A stretch of DNA of 43,369 bases from Candidatus Micrarchaeota archaeon (GTDB lineage: Archaea; Micrarchaeota; Micrarchaeia; Micrarchaeales; CABMGC01), in the NCBI GenBank assembly GCA_021796295.1, contig JAJYIA010000001.1, positions 1 through 43,369 of the forward strand, given 5' to 3'. The position numbers were made by a program, and so were the translations under genes. Of this stretch, positions 17,636-26,091 are shown one piece after another. Under the pieces are notes generated by a model that was given only the letters and a program-made list of their open reading frames with translations, had not been told where the DNA came from and searched no databases. Positions within the stretch are counted from its first letter, which is position 1; each line of letters starts with the position of its first letter.

Positions 17636-17795
17636 TATTATGATACCAGGTATATAATCACCTTGAAAATTGCATTTCCATTCTTCGGGACTTGCATGTA
17701 TGCTACAAATTGAAGATCGGCTCGCTTTCGTGCCAATCCCGATAAATACATAAATATTTCTTTAGGATAAGTATTAGATTATTCTGTTTGTAAGA

Positions 17796-17870
17796 GGGTC
17801 CGTAACTCAGCTTGGCTAGAGTGGAAGGCTTTTAACCTTTAAGTCGGGGGTTCAAATCCCCCCGGGCCCG
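17796..17870 (+). tRNA. tRNA-Lys (UUU)
   Basis: 75-nt cloverleaf: GGGTCCG/CGGGCCC acceptor, ACTC/GAGT D stem, GAAGG-CTTTTAA-CCTTT anticodon arm, GGGGG-TTCAAAT-CCCCC T arm. No intron. Confidence 0.9.
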
Positions 17871-17887
17871 AAGAATAAGGCTATAGC

Positions 17888-19348
17888 CTAGTGCAGGCTG
17901 CCTAGGCTCACGTCCGGCATTGTATCTCCGGGCGGATAGGCTCGCAGGCGCACCCACTGGTATGAGTTTGTGCTGCCGCTGAACGCCGAGAGGTCTATAT
18001 ACGAATTCCCGAAAGAAACGATGGAATCCGTGGCTTGCGCTACAACATTGTAACCAGTAGCAAGCTTTTCATTACCTGTTCCGGCCCATATGCAACTGTA
18101 TATGCTACCTGCTTCTACCAGATTGTTAGGCACATTTCTATATTCAGCGATGGTGTAACAGGCAATGTATGCCTCCAGGTTGATTTCGTCATTGTTTACC
18201 TGGCATGCGTATGCACTATACCACTCGCCGCAGCCTGGTGCTGTTGGCAACTGCTCGTCAAAGGATACTGTAGAATAGCTGGAGCTGGTAACCATCACCT
18301 CCAATACTGCAGGCGCAAACTGCGATTTTGTTATAAGGTGTATTGTAGAGCTGCCGTACCCACTGGGATAGGATAGGGTTAGGCCATTATTTACAGAGTA
18401 CGTTCCCAGGGTGTAGGTGTATCCCGTATTCCACTGCGAGCTCAGGGTAGTACCCTTGAAATTATCGTAGAATGTAAACACGCTGGCGCCATTGTCATAT
18501 TTGCCATAAGAAGTACTTTCAGTAGGGGCTTCTCCGGCATATGTCCCGTCGTAGTTGATGCTTGTCTTTTCGAATACCATGTTTATTGGGATATTTTGTC
18601 CTGCGCCGATGCCGTTGGGCAGGCTAACCCAAAAAACAGCCATTGATGCAGAGCTGGAGCAGCCCGATTCGCACCACGAATAGAGAGGCGCGCCAGTATT
18701 AGGAGACCCGGAATAAAACCTTATATTGCCGAGGTTGCTGTTTAGGTATTGACCATAACTTGAGGGATTTATGGCTATCATCTGCTGGAATGGTGCCGGT
18801 GTGCCTGAACCCTGTGAATTTGTGACGGTTATCGGCACGTATCCGATATAGGCAGGGGTGACGGCACTGGTTGTTGATACCTTTGCTGAAATGGTTGCAA
18901 TCCTTGCATAAAGCCCTGACTGCGCCCCCTGGCTGTAAACAATCCAGAGATCGCCTGTAAACGTACTGCCGAGGGCACCGCTTGGTATGGGGCATTCGAA
19001 TACGAGCTGCTGCTCCTCACCTGGCTGAAAGGATATGCTTGGGCTCTCTGTGGCTGTGCTCTGCGGCATAGCAGTGGAGTTTGTGCAGCCTAGGCCCGTC
19101 ACAGTTATGGGATAGCCTTCCTCGCCGAATGTAACAGAAAGATTGCCTGTAGAGTTCAGGATAGGATTCGTGCAGAAGTATCCCGAAGTCACAGTACAGG
19201 CTGTGCCGCGGTAGGTATTGGTTCCGAATGTGCCAAGGGCAAAGAGGGCTCCGAGTATGATTGCTATCATAAGTATGGACCAGCTGTAGGTCATGAGGTA
19301 TTCCATGGCGCTTTGCATGCGCCTATGGTTCTTTTTGATTACGGCCAT
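17888..19348 (-). CDS. class III (type IV pilin-like) signal peptide protein with DUF2341-like and LamG/concanavalin-like domains
   Basis: N-terminus KKNHRRMQSAMEYLMTYSWSILMIAIILG carries the archaeal QxSxEYL class III signal motif. The mid region (NIRFYSG..LYSWCES..AVFWVSLP..INMVFEK) resembles DUF2341. The C-terminal part FYDNFKGTTLSSQWN.. is LamG-like. Confidence 0.7.
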   Translation of the reverse strand: MAVIKKNHRRMQSAMEYLMTYSWSILMIAIILGALFALGTFGTNTYRGTACTVTSGYFCTNPILNSTGNLSVTFGEEGYPITVTGLGCTNSTAMPQSTATESPSISFQPGEEQQLVFECPIPSGALGSTFTGDLWIVYSQGAQSGLYARIATISAKVSTTSAVTPAYIGYVPITVTNSQGSGTPAPFQQMIAINPSSYGQYLNSNLGNIRFYSGSPNTGAPLYSWCESGCSSSASMAVFWVSLPNGIGAGQNIPINMVFEKTSINYDGTYAGEAPTESTSYGKYDNGASVFTFYDNFKGTTLSSQWNTGYTYTLGTYSVNNGLTLSYPSGYGSSTIHLITKSQFAPAVLEVMVTSSSYSTVSFDEQLPTAPGCGEWYSAYACQVNNDEINLEAYIACYTIAEYRNVPNNLVEAGSIYSCIWAGTGNEKLATGYNVVAQATDSIVSFGNSYIDLSAFSGSTNSYQWVRLRAYPPGDTMPDVSLGSLH

Positions 19349-19467
19349 TTAAACAGCTACACTTTACGTATTGCCTATGTAAGCTATGTTTATAAATAGA
19401 ATTCTGTTTACAAAACTAACCTCTCACAAAGAAAGAGCTGGGCTATGATACCCAGCAAACCGATTGA

Positions 19468-19749
19468 TTAACCGCAGCCTCCTGATTCTGCGTTATTGTT
19501 TCCTGTTAATCCAATACCTCCCTGTCCGCTTCCTGCTGTCAATGGGCTGTTCAAGTTCGGATAGCCGTATGCTGGCTGGTTTGATACCCAACTGAAGTTC
19601 CCATTCGTGTTTCCAAAGGCACCATGACATAGACCCTCTGGACTTGCTGTTCCAGATGTGTATTGGTTTGTGCCTGTTGCTCCTGCAATTCCTATCAACA
19701 GAGTTGCTAGGACTGCACTTATTCCTATTATGCTTAGAGTTCTGTTCAT
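19468..19749 (-). CDS. small secreted Gly/Asn-rich protein (93 aa), unknown function
   Basis: Signal/anchor MNRTLSIIGISAVLATLLIGIAGA, then a ~65-aa Gly/Asn/Ser/Thr-rich mature part with two Cys (one penultimate). TATA (GGTATATAAG) lies ~35 nt upstream. Confidence 0.5.
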   Translation of the reverse strand: MNRTLSIIGISAVLATLLIGIAGATGTNQYTSGTASPEGLCHGAFGNTNGNFSWVSNQPAYGYPNLNSPLTAGSGQGGIGLTGNNNAESGGCG

Positions 19750-19793
19750 TTCTTCACCTTGTTATGCTGTAAATGGCAACTTATATACCTATG

Positions 19794-21528
19794 TTTCTGA
19801 ACTCATTTTGACGATGTTGTGATAACTGGCAATTGGCTCAGTAGCCCCAATTTATCGACGATAGATCTCTGGGTTTCGTTGTTAGAGACTATCTGATAGT
19901 ATCTTTTACCCTGCTGGTTTTCAAACTCAGCAATACGTATTTCTTTCGCTTCAGACGATAAACCCTCCCAAAATTTGTCGATTTTTTCTTTCTGAGCAAG
20001 GTGTTCTACGACTCTCATAAGTAGATATGCAATATGGCAGAGAAACACATCAACAATTACGTGGTCTGTTAACCTCTTGTGCACTGGACGCAGGTTCGCA
20101 TCCTGCTTCATGTGCCTGAATCCCTTCTCTATCTTGTCCTTTGAAAAATAAGTAGCGAAGATCTCTTTAGGGCCTATGTTCTTGTTTGTCATCAGACAAA
20201 ACTTGCCATCATTCTTCTCTGCGCGGTTAACTTCGACCTGATTTATGCGCCAAGAAACCTCTTTCCCGTTCTGTTCGATGACCAAATATCTTCTCAGAGG
20301 TTTTGCCATCTCAGTTGCCTTCTTCATCGTAAGTTCGCCTTGGTCATCAAGGCGTTCAATGATGTTATTTATCCTGAAATCCCTTCTCTCCTTTTGATCC
20401 CTTGCGACTTTCGGTGAATAGTATAGAATAACTATTCTCCTCTTACCAAAGACGTTCTTTACCTCCTTTCTCAACTTTATTGCATTCCCACCATTGTTTA
20501 TTGTATCCCAATTGCCAGTTGAGAAATCCGTCCCATTCTTCAACTTCTTCACGAAGTTATGGTTGGAACGGAGACCAATTATGTAGTCGTACCTTGTTGT
20601 ATCCATAAGTCTGATGTTGTCCTCAGAATCGAATCCGCGATCCATTATTAGCATACACTTCTCTTTCTTCATGATGACCTTTGGATAGTAGACCATTTCA
20701 TGCACAGTCCTTGCGTCGTTGACGTTGCCTCTGAAAACTTTACTGACTACAGGAAGGCTGTATTTTCCGTTCATTATCATCGCAATGTTTATCTGGAGTT
20801 TGTCAAGTTTTCCATCTTTATTGTGTCCAAAAAATGCTATTGGACAGCACTTGCCTTCAAAGTATGTCGAAGTAATATCGTAAAAGAAAGCGTCTTCTTC
20901 TTTCCCAAAAAGTTTTATGGCACTGTTGTACAAGTCTATCGATATGCGATATAAGTGGTCTATGTTCCTTTCCTCGTCGTAGATCTTATCCATAAGATAT
21001 TGCTGTGTGTTGTCGGTTATACGTGATGGATCAAAGCCGAGAAAAATGGGCAGGTGTGTATTTCCAATCCAATCGGAAAGATTATGTGAACTTGGCTTGT
21101 TATCAAGAAGTTTGTGTGCTGTTGTCAGAAAAAGTTCTAGGCCGAGTGACAATCCCTGCCTCTTTGGTACATAGTTATTGATGCAGTCTATCAGGTTTAT
21201 TTTTTCTGCAGCATGATAAAGCAGTGCAATGGCCCCGAAGTTATGTGTTGCCTTTAGTTTTCTTTTGGTTATCGGACTTGCATCAGGATTCTTTCTCGGA
21301 TCTATGGTTCCATAATATTCCAGAACTCTCTGTTTTACCTTCCCATTTTCCCTATATCCTTCTACTCTGAAATAGTAGGGGTTGCCCTTTACCTTTCTAG
21401 TGACTATGTACGCCATGTTGTATTAAACTTACTACAACATTAAAAACCCTTCGTTATGTTGCATTTACCTGAATATACGAGAGAAGGCGGATGTTGTATC
21501 AAACTTTTATTTGAACTCAGTTCAGAAA
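19794..21528 (-). mobile_element. IS element (IS4/IS1634-like), ~1.7 kb
   Basis: 12-nt terminal inverted repeats: TTTCTGAACTCA (19794-19805) matches the reverse complement of 21517-21528, TTTCTGAACTGA (11/12). The transposase stop codon lies inside the IR. Confidence 0.6.
19803..21416 (-). CDS. DDE transposase, IS4 superfamily (IS1634-like)
   Basis: 537 aa. The N-terminus (VTRKVKGNPYYFRVEGYRENGKVKQRVLEYYG) is typical of IS1634-type enzymes. Acidic motifs FFYDITSTYFEG and LIMDRGFDSEDN are present. The Y(2)[RK](3)E(6)K signature is present as YFSKDKIEKGFRHMK. Confidence 0.85.
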   Translation of the reverse strand: MAYIVTRKVKGNPYYFRVEGYRENGKVKQRVLEYYGTIDPRKNPDASPITKRKLKATHNFGAIALLYHAAEKINLIDCINNYVPKRQGLSLGLELFLTTAHKLLDNKPSSHNLSDWIGNTHLPIFLGFDPSRITDNTQQYLMDKIYDEERNIDHLYRISIDLYNSAIKLFGKEEDAFFYDITSTYFEGKCCPIAFFGHNKDGKLDKLQINIAMIMNGKYSLPVVSKVFRGNVNDARTVHEMVYYPKVIMKKEKCMLIMDRGFDSEDNIRLMDTTRYDYIIGLRSNHNFVKKLKNGTDFSTGNWDTINNGGNAIKLRKEVKNVFGKRRIVILYYSPKVARDQKERRDFRINNIIERLDDQGELTMKKATEMAKPLRRYLVIEQNGKEVSWRINQVEVNRAEKNDGKFCLMTNKNIGPKEIFATYFSKDKIEKGFRHMKQDANLRPVHKRLTDHVIVDVFLCHIAYLLMRVVEHLAQKEKIDKFWEGLSSEAKEIRIAEFENQQGKRYYQIVSNNETQRSIVDKLGLLSQLPVITTSSK

Positions 21529-21721
21529 GGCAGGTTTATAAATTCGTATTAAAATCATATTTTATAAACAAAGCTGCTTATGTATAAAAGTTTATAAAGG
21601 TATGCAGGAGAAACGAATCTGATGCTACTTGCGCCTTGGCTCATGCCAGAAACAAAGGCTATGTGTTTATATTTGTAAATGAAGATAGACTTTCTGTTTT
21701 CCGGTACGAAGCGGTGCAGAA

Positions 21722-23161
21722 ATGGCAGATGAATTCAAGATTGAAAAGAAAAAGAGGCTTGAGGAGAAGGGTATAAACCCGTATCCTTACTCGTTTTTGC
21801 AGAGCCACCACTCTGCCGAGATAATATCGGAATTTGCCAAGCTCAAGGGAAACGAAGTAAGCGTTGCAGGCCGTATTATAAGGTTCAGGGAAATGGGAAG
21901 TTTGCATTTTATTGACATCCTTGACGGCGAAGGCAAGATACAGCTTCTTGTGAGGAAGGATGTCATAGGAGATAATGCGATGGAGATTATAAGGCTGCTT
22001 GACTTTGGCGACATCATCGGCGCAAAGGGCAGCGTAATCAAGACTAAGAAGGGTGAGATAAGCATAGAGGTAAAAGCAGTAGAGGTGCTTTCGAAGTCGC
22101 TAGGCACGCTTCCTGAGAAGTTCCATGGGCTTAAGGACGTTGAGCTTAGATACAGGAAGAGGCACCTTGACCTGATAATAAATCCGCACGTGAGGGAATT
22201 CTTCAGGACAAGGGCCAAGATTCTAAAGTATGCACGCGACTTCCTTGACGGCCATGGCTACGTTGAATTTGAAACGCCGGTGCTGCAGCAGATATACGGG
22301 GGTGCATTTGCAAAGCCATTCAAGACGCATTACAATGCGCTTGACACTTCGGCATACCTGAGGATATCGGATGAACTTTACCTAAAGCGGCTCATAATAG
22401 GCGGGTTTGAGAAGGTATATGAGGTCTCGAAGGATTTCAGGAATGAGGATATAGACTCAACGCATAACCCCGAGTTTACGCAGATAGAGATGTACGAGGC
22501 ATATAAAGACTACAACGACTACATGGAGCTTCTTGAGGAGATGGTGAGTGGCCTGGTGAAGAGCCTCTTCGGATCTCATGAAATAGAATTCCAGGGCAAG
22601 AAGCTCAGCTTCAAAAGGCCATTCAAAAGGATTTACTGGGTCAAGGAGCTTGAGAAGAGGACGGGCATAGACGTCTCGCTTCTTACAGATAATGAAGCAG
22701 AGGCCATCGCAGAAAAGGAAGCGCTTAAGGTACAGATAAAGAACAGCTACCACATAGCCGATGCGCTCTTCGACAAATATATAAAGCCTGGGCTTTTCGA
22801 CCCGGTCTTTGTCGTAGACTTTCCAGCATATATGTGCCCGTTGACAAAGGACAAAAGGGGCGATGTGAGGCTTAGCGAAAGGTTTGAGTTTTTTGTCGCA
22901 GGATACGAGGAGGCAAACTGCTACTCCGAGCTTACCAATCCTATTGAGCAGAGGCGGAAGTTTGAGGAGCAGGAATCAGAGAGGATAAAGGGCGATTACG
23001 AGGCCCCTCCTTATGACAGGGATTTTCTCGAGGCTATGGAATTAGGCATGCCCCCCACAGCGGGATTGGGCATGGCTATAGACAGGCTGGCAATGATACT
23101 TACCAACAATACATCGCTAAAGGAGGTCATAGCCTTCCCTGCAGTCAGACCTGAGAAATAA
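21722..23161 (+). CDS. lysS: lysyl-tRNA synthetase, class II
   Basis: GINPYPYSF N-terminus and an OB-fold region. Motif 2 DFRNEDIDSTHNPEFTQIEMYEAYKDYNDYM and motif 3 GMPPTAGLGMAIDRLAMILT are present. Confidence 0.85.
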   Translation: MADEFKIEKKKRLEEKGINPYPYSFLQSHHSAEIISEFAKLKGNEVSVAGRIIRFREMGSLHFIDILDGEGKIQLLVRKDVIGDNAMEIIRLLDFGDIIGAKGSVIKTKKGEISIEVKAVEVLSKSLGTLPEKFHGLKDVELRYRKRHLDLIINPHVREFFRTRAKILKYARDFLDGHGYVEFETPVLQQIYGGAFAKPFKTHYNALDTSAYLRISDELYLKRLIIGGFEKVYEVSKDFRNEDIDSTHNPEFTQIEMYEAYKDYNDYMELLEEMVSGLVKSLFGSHEIEFQGKKLSFKRPFKRIYWVKELEKRTGIDVSLLTDNEAEAIAEKEALKVQIKNSYHIADALFDKYIKPGLFDPVFVVDFPAYMCPLTKDKRGDVRLSERFEFFVAGYEEANCYSELTNPIEQRRKFEEQESERIKGDYEAPPYDRDFLEAMELGMPPTAGLGMAIDRLAMILTNNTSLKEVIAFPAVRPEK

Positions 23162-23298
23162 AGCCCAGAGCAGTTGCAGCGCAACAAACAATATATATCT
23201 TTGCCTAGATAAAAGATAATGGTTCATGCCATGCCGCAGAGTATATCTGCTGCATCAGGCAGGATTTTAAACGTTGTCAATATATATAATGCGCAAAT

Positions 23299-23428
23299 GC
23301 CAGGGTGGCGGAATCCGGTAACGCGTACGCCTGGAATGGATGGCCCTGTAAGCGTATGGCTCTCCGAGCCATCTGGGTTCAAATGAACTTTTAGATCGTT
23401 AGAAGTTGTGGAAATCCCAGCCCTGGCG
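23299..23428 (+). tRNA. tRNA-Ser (GGA), class II long variable arm, two introns (14 nt at 37/38; ~31 nt in T-loop)
   Basis: Acceptor GCCAGGG/CCCTGGC with discriminator G. 3-bp D stem GCG/CGC. Anticodon stem TACGC/GCGTA enclosing CTGGAA[tggatggccctgta]A. Variable arm GGCTC-TCC-GAGCC. T stem CTGGG/CCCAG (23373-77 and 23416-20) encloses 38 nt rather than 7. Confidence 0.75.
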
Positions 23429-23450
23429 TTTGTATATAAGCGGTGCGTAG

Positions 23451-23972
23451 ATGGAAAGGCAGAGAGAGAAGAGAGAGATAAGCATTATAAGGATAGCAGG
23501 CAAGGACATCAACGGCAGCTATAAGATCATAAGGGCGCTTCTTCAGATAAAGGGCGTAGGGCACAGCATGGCCCATGCCATAGCAGTATCATGCAGCAGG
23601 CTTTACGGCATAGACATGAATTCGGAGCTCGGCTCGCTGAGCGATGAGCAGCTTGCACATATAGAGAGCGTGATGAAGGATCCTATGAAGGCAGGCATAC
23701 CCGCCTATATGACCAACAGAAGGAAGGATTTTGAGACAGGCGATGACATGCACCTTGCAGGCGCAGACCTTATAGTAAGGACGAGGCAGGACATAGACCG
23801 CGAGATAAGGCTTCAGACATGGATAGGCTCAAGACACCAGTACGGGCAGAAGGTCAGAGGGCAGAGGACAAGGTCCACAGGAAGGACAGGCGCAACCGTA
23901 GGAGTGGTAAAGAAGGCTGTGCAGGAGCAGCAGAAGGAAGCCGCAAAGAAGGGCGGGGAGGCGAAGGCCTGA
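23451..23972 (+). CDS. rps13: 30S ribosomal protein S13 (uS13)
   Basis: IIRIAGKDINGSYKIIRALLQIKGVGHSMAHAI... is typical uS13. It is first in the conserved S13-S4-S11 order. Confidence 0.9.
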   Translation: MERQREKREISIIRIAGKDINGSYKIIRALLQIKGVGHSMAHAIAVSCSRLYGIDMNSELGSLSDEQLAHIESVMKDPMKAGIPAYMTNRRKDFETGDDMHLAGADLIVRTRQDIDREIRLQTWIGSRHQYGQKVRGQRTRSTGRTGATVGVVKKAVQEQQKEAAKKGGEAKA

Positions 23973-23983
23973 TAGGTGAGTAA

Positions 23984-24553
23984 ATGGGAGCGCCGAAGAG
24001 AAACAGGAAGAAGTACGAAAGACCCTCTACGATGTGGGACAAGCAGAGAATAGAGAGCGAGCATAAGCTTGCAGGCGCATACGGGCTTAGGAACCTGAGG
24101 GAGCTCTGGAAGGCCACTAGCGAGATACGAAGGATAAGGAGGAACGCGAGAGAGGTGCTTTCAGGAAGCGCAGGGTCCGAGGTAGGCAGGCAGATCATAA
24201 GCAGGCTCGCAAGATACAACGTAGTAGAGGAGGGGGCGATACCTGACGACCTTCTCGTAATAAAGCCGGAGTCGCTGCTCGAGAGAAGACTGCAGACAAT
24301 AGTATACAGGAAGGGAATGGCTAAGAGTCTGAAGCAGGCAAGGCAGCTTATAACACACGGCTTCATAGCAATAAACGGCAGACACGTCTCATCTCCGGGA
24401 TACCTGGTCAACAGGAATGAAGAGCAGCAGATATCATATTATAAAGCCATACAGATAGAGCAGCAGGTCCAGAACTCTGCAGTAGCTGCAGCATCTGAAG
24501 CCGAGAAGGCGGCTGAGCCCGGGAATGAGCCCCAGACAGGGAATGGAGAATGA
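23984..24553 (+). CDS. rps4: 30S ribosomal protein S4 (uS4)
   Basis: MGAPKRNRKKYERP...RLQTIVYRKGMAKSLKQARQLITHGFIAINGRHVSSPGYLV (S4 domain). Confidence 0.9.
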   Translation: MGAPKRNRKKYERPSTMWDKQRIESEHKLAGAYGLRNLRELWKATSEIRRIRRNAREVLSGSAGSEVGRQIISRLARYNVVEEGAIPDDLLVIKPESLLERRLQTIVYRKGMAKSLKQARQLITHGFIAINGRHVSSPGYLVNRNEEQQISYYKAIQIEQQVQNSAVAAASEAEKAAEPGNEPQTGNGE

Positions 24554-24562
24554 AGTGTTATT

Positions 24563-25087
24563 ATGCCAAAGCAGAGATCAGGGGAATCAAAGCCTGCAGC
24601 GAAAAAGGCCGACAAGCAGGCAAAGCAGCAGGAACAGGGCAAGAAGAGCGGGGTCTCATATGAGAATGCAGTGGCAGCTGCGCAGGAGAAATACAGGCAG
24701 AAGGGAATACGCTGGGGCGTAGCGCATATCTACTCATCAAAGAACAACACCATAATAACGCTTACCGATCTTTCAGGATCTGAGACCATAGCAGTGGGCA
24801 GCGGAGGCATGGTAGTTGATGCTGACCACGAGGAAGGCTCGCCATATGCGGCAACGCAGGCAGCCTATAAGGTTGCGACCTCAGCCATAGAGAAGGGCAT
24901 AACAAACATAAATATAAAGATAAGGGCAACAGGAGGCCACGGCTCAAAGACGCCAGGGCATGGTGCCCAGGCAGTGGTAAGGGCACTTGCAAGAAGCGGA
25001 TTCAAGATAGGCAGCATCGAGGATGTGACGCCCATGCCAACCGATACTACAAAGAGACCCGGAGGCAGGCGCGGCAGGAGGGTCTGA
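24563..25087 (+). CDS. rps11: 30S ribosomal protein S11 (uS11)
   Basis: [27 protein letters not shown]...IKIRATGG...[26 protein letters not shown]. The ATG at 24563 gives a ~45-aa Lys/Gln-rich N-terminal extension. An in-frame GTG at 24671 is an alternative start. Confidence 0.9.
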   Translation: MPKQRSGESKPAAKKADKQAKQQEQGKKSGVSYENAVAAAQEKYRQKGIRWGVAHIYSSKNNTIITLTDLSGSETIAVGSGGMVVDADHEEGSPYAATQAAYKVATSAIEKGITNINIKIRATGGHGSKTPGHGAQAVVRALARSGFKIGSIEDVTPMPTDTTKRPGGRRGRRV

Positions 25088-25225
25088 TGCGGCTTACGGC
25101 CTTTGCAGAGCCTTTCCTTCTTTCTAGAAAAGCAGTCAAATTCAGATATATGTTATTTGTCCTTTTCTTGCCTATGTTAAATAGGAGCAATAGATGGTGG
25201 GCCTGTGAATGATGCGGAGAAGACT

Positions 25226-26041
25226 ATGCCTTTGGTCTTCGTTGTGAGCGATTTCGGCGCTGGAGACCTTGCATTTGCAGAGATAAAGCGCAAGATAAAA
25301 GGCACGATAAGGAATGCCGATATAGACTACATAACAGTGCAACCTTACAGCACAATTTCCACTGGCTTCTGCATATACCAGCTTGCGCTTGACGGAGAAG
25401 GCAGAGAGAGCGAAAGGGGCACATATATCTTCTCTAATACGGCGCCGAGGCGCGACGATCCGAACCCCAGAAGGGACAATGAGGGAGAGCCCGTTGTCTA
25501 TGCAAAGCTGAAGACAGGCCTTGAGGTCTTTGCTGTCAATTCAGGATATACATTCTCGTTTGTAAAGCCGATGATAGAAAGGTTTATGGCAGTTAAGGTG
25601 GACAACAGGGGCTCGCAGTTCAGATCAAGGGACAGGTATCCAGGGCCTTTTACAAGTATAATGAACGGCGATTATTCTGTGCTCGGAAATGAACTAGATG
25701 CAGGAAGGATTCCTGAGCCTCCTAGGGACAGGATAGCATATGTGGACGGCTACGGAAACATAAAGCTCACCACGAGGGCTTCGGACCTTGGGCTGAAGCA
25801 AGGTGAAAAAATAGAGGTTGAAGTCGGGCATAATATGCTGTTTGGCACTTATACAGAAGGCATGTTCGGCATCAAGGAGGGTGAGCTCTCTGTTTCTCCT
25901 GGCTCTTCAGGGCCTTCTGAAGACAGATTCCTGCAGGTGAGCATAAGGCTGGGCAACGCTTGGGAAAAGCTCGGGAAGCCTGCAGTAGAAGAGAGAATCA
26001 CTATAAAAAAGGGAGAGGACAGGGTAGGGCTGCAGCATTGA
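25226..26041 (+). CDS. divergent SAM hydroxide adenosyltransferase-like (DUF62 / fluorinase-chlorinase fold) protein
   Basis: LVFVVSDFGAGD (compare TDFG..D), SQFRSRDRYP (compare STFHGRDIF), YVDGYGNIKL (compare YIDxFGN), and C-terminal GELSVSPGSSG..LQVSIRLGNA. The usual DPGVG segment is not conserved. The first ATG is at 25226; the track start is a GTG. Confidence 0.45.
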   Translation: MPLVFVVSDFGAGDLAFAEIKRKIKGTIRNADIDYITVQPYSTISTGFCIYQLALDGEGRESERGTYIFSNTAPRRDDPNPRRDNEGEPVVYAKLKTGLEVFAVNSGYTFSFVKPMIERFMAVKVDNRGSQFRSRDRYPGPFTSIMNGDYSVLGNELDAGRIPEPPRDRIAYVDGYGNIKLTTRASDLGLKQGEKIEVEVGHNMLFGTYTEGMFGIKEGELSVSPGSSGPSEDRFLQVSIRLGNAWEKLGKPAVEERITIKKGEDRVGLQH

Positions 26042-26091
26042 CTGCAAGGAGGCAGTAATAAATATGAGAGAAACCCAATGCCCCTGATACA

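Noticed and set aside
21530-21721. Three TTTATAAA palindromes in the AT-rich stretch upstream of lysS as a special regulatory array
   Set aside because: They are the sort of TATA-like strings expected in an AT-rich archaeal promoter region next to an IS end. There is no regular spacing or flanking conservation.
23391-23576. 61-aa minus-strand ORF spanning the tRNA-Ser 3' part and the rps13 start
   Set aside because: It overlaps a tRNA and the 5' end of a highly conserved ribosomal protein gene. It is an ORF artefact.
24563-24700. Lys/Gln-rich N-terminal extension of S11 (and charged C-terminal tails of S13 and S4) as a lineage-specific ribosomal feature
   Set aside because: An in-frame GTG at 24671 could be the real S11 start, and the tails are low-complexity. 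Without alignments or proteomics this is not a supportable finding.
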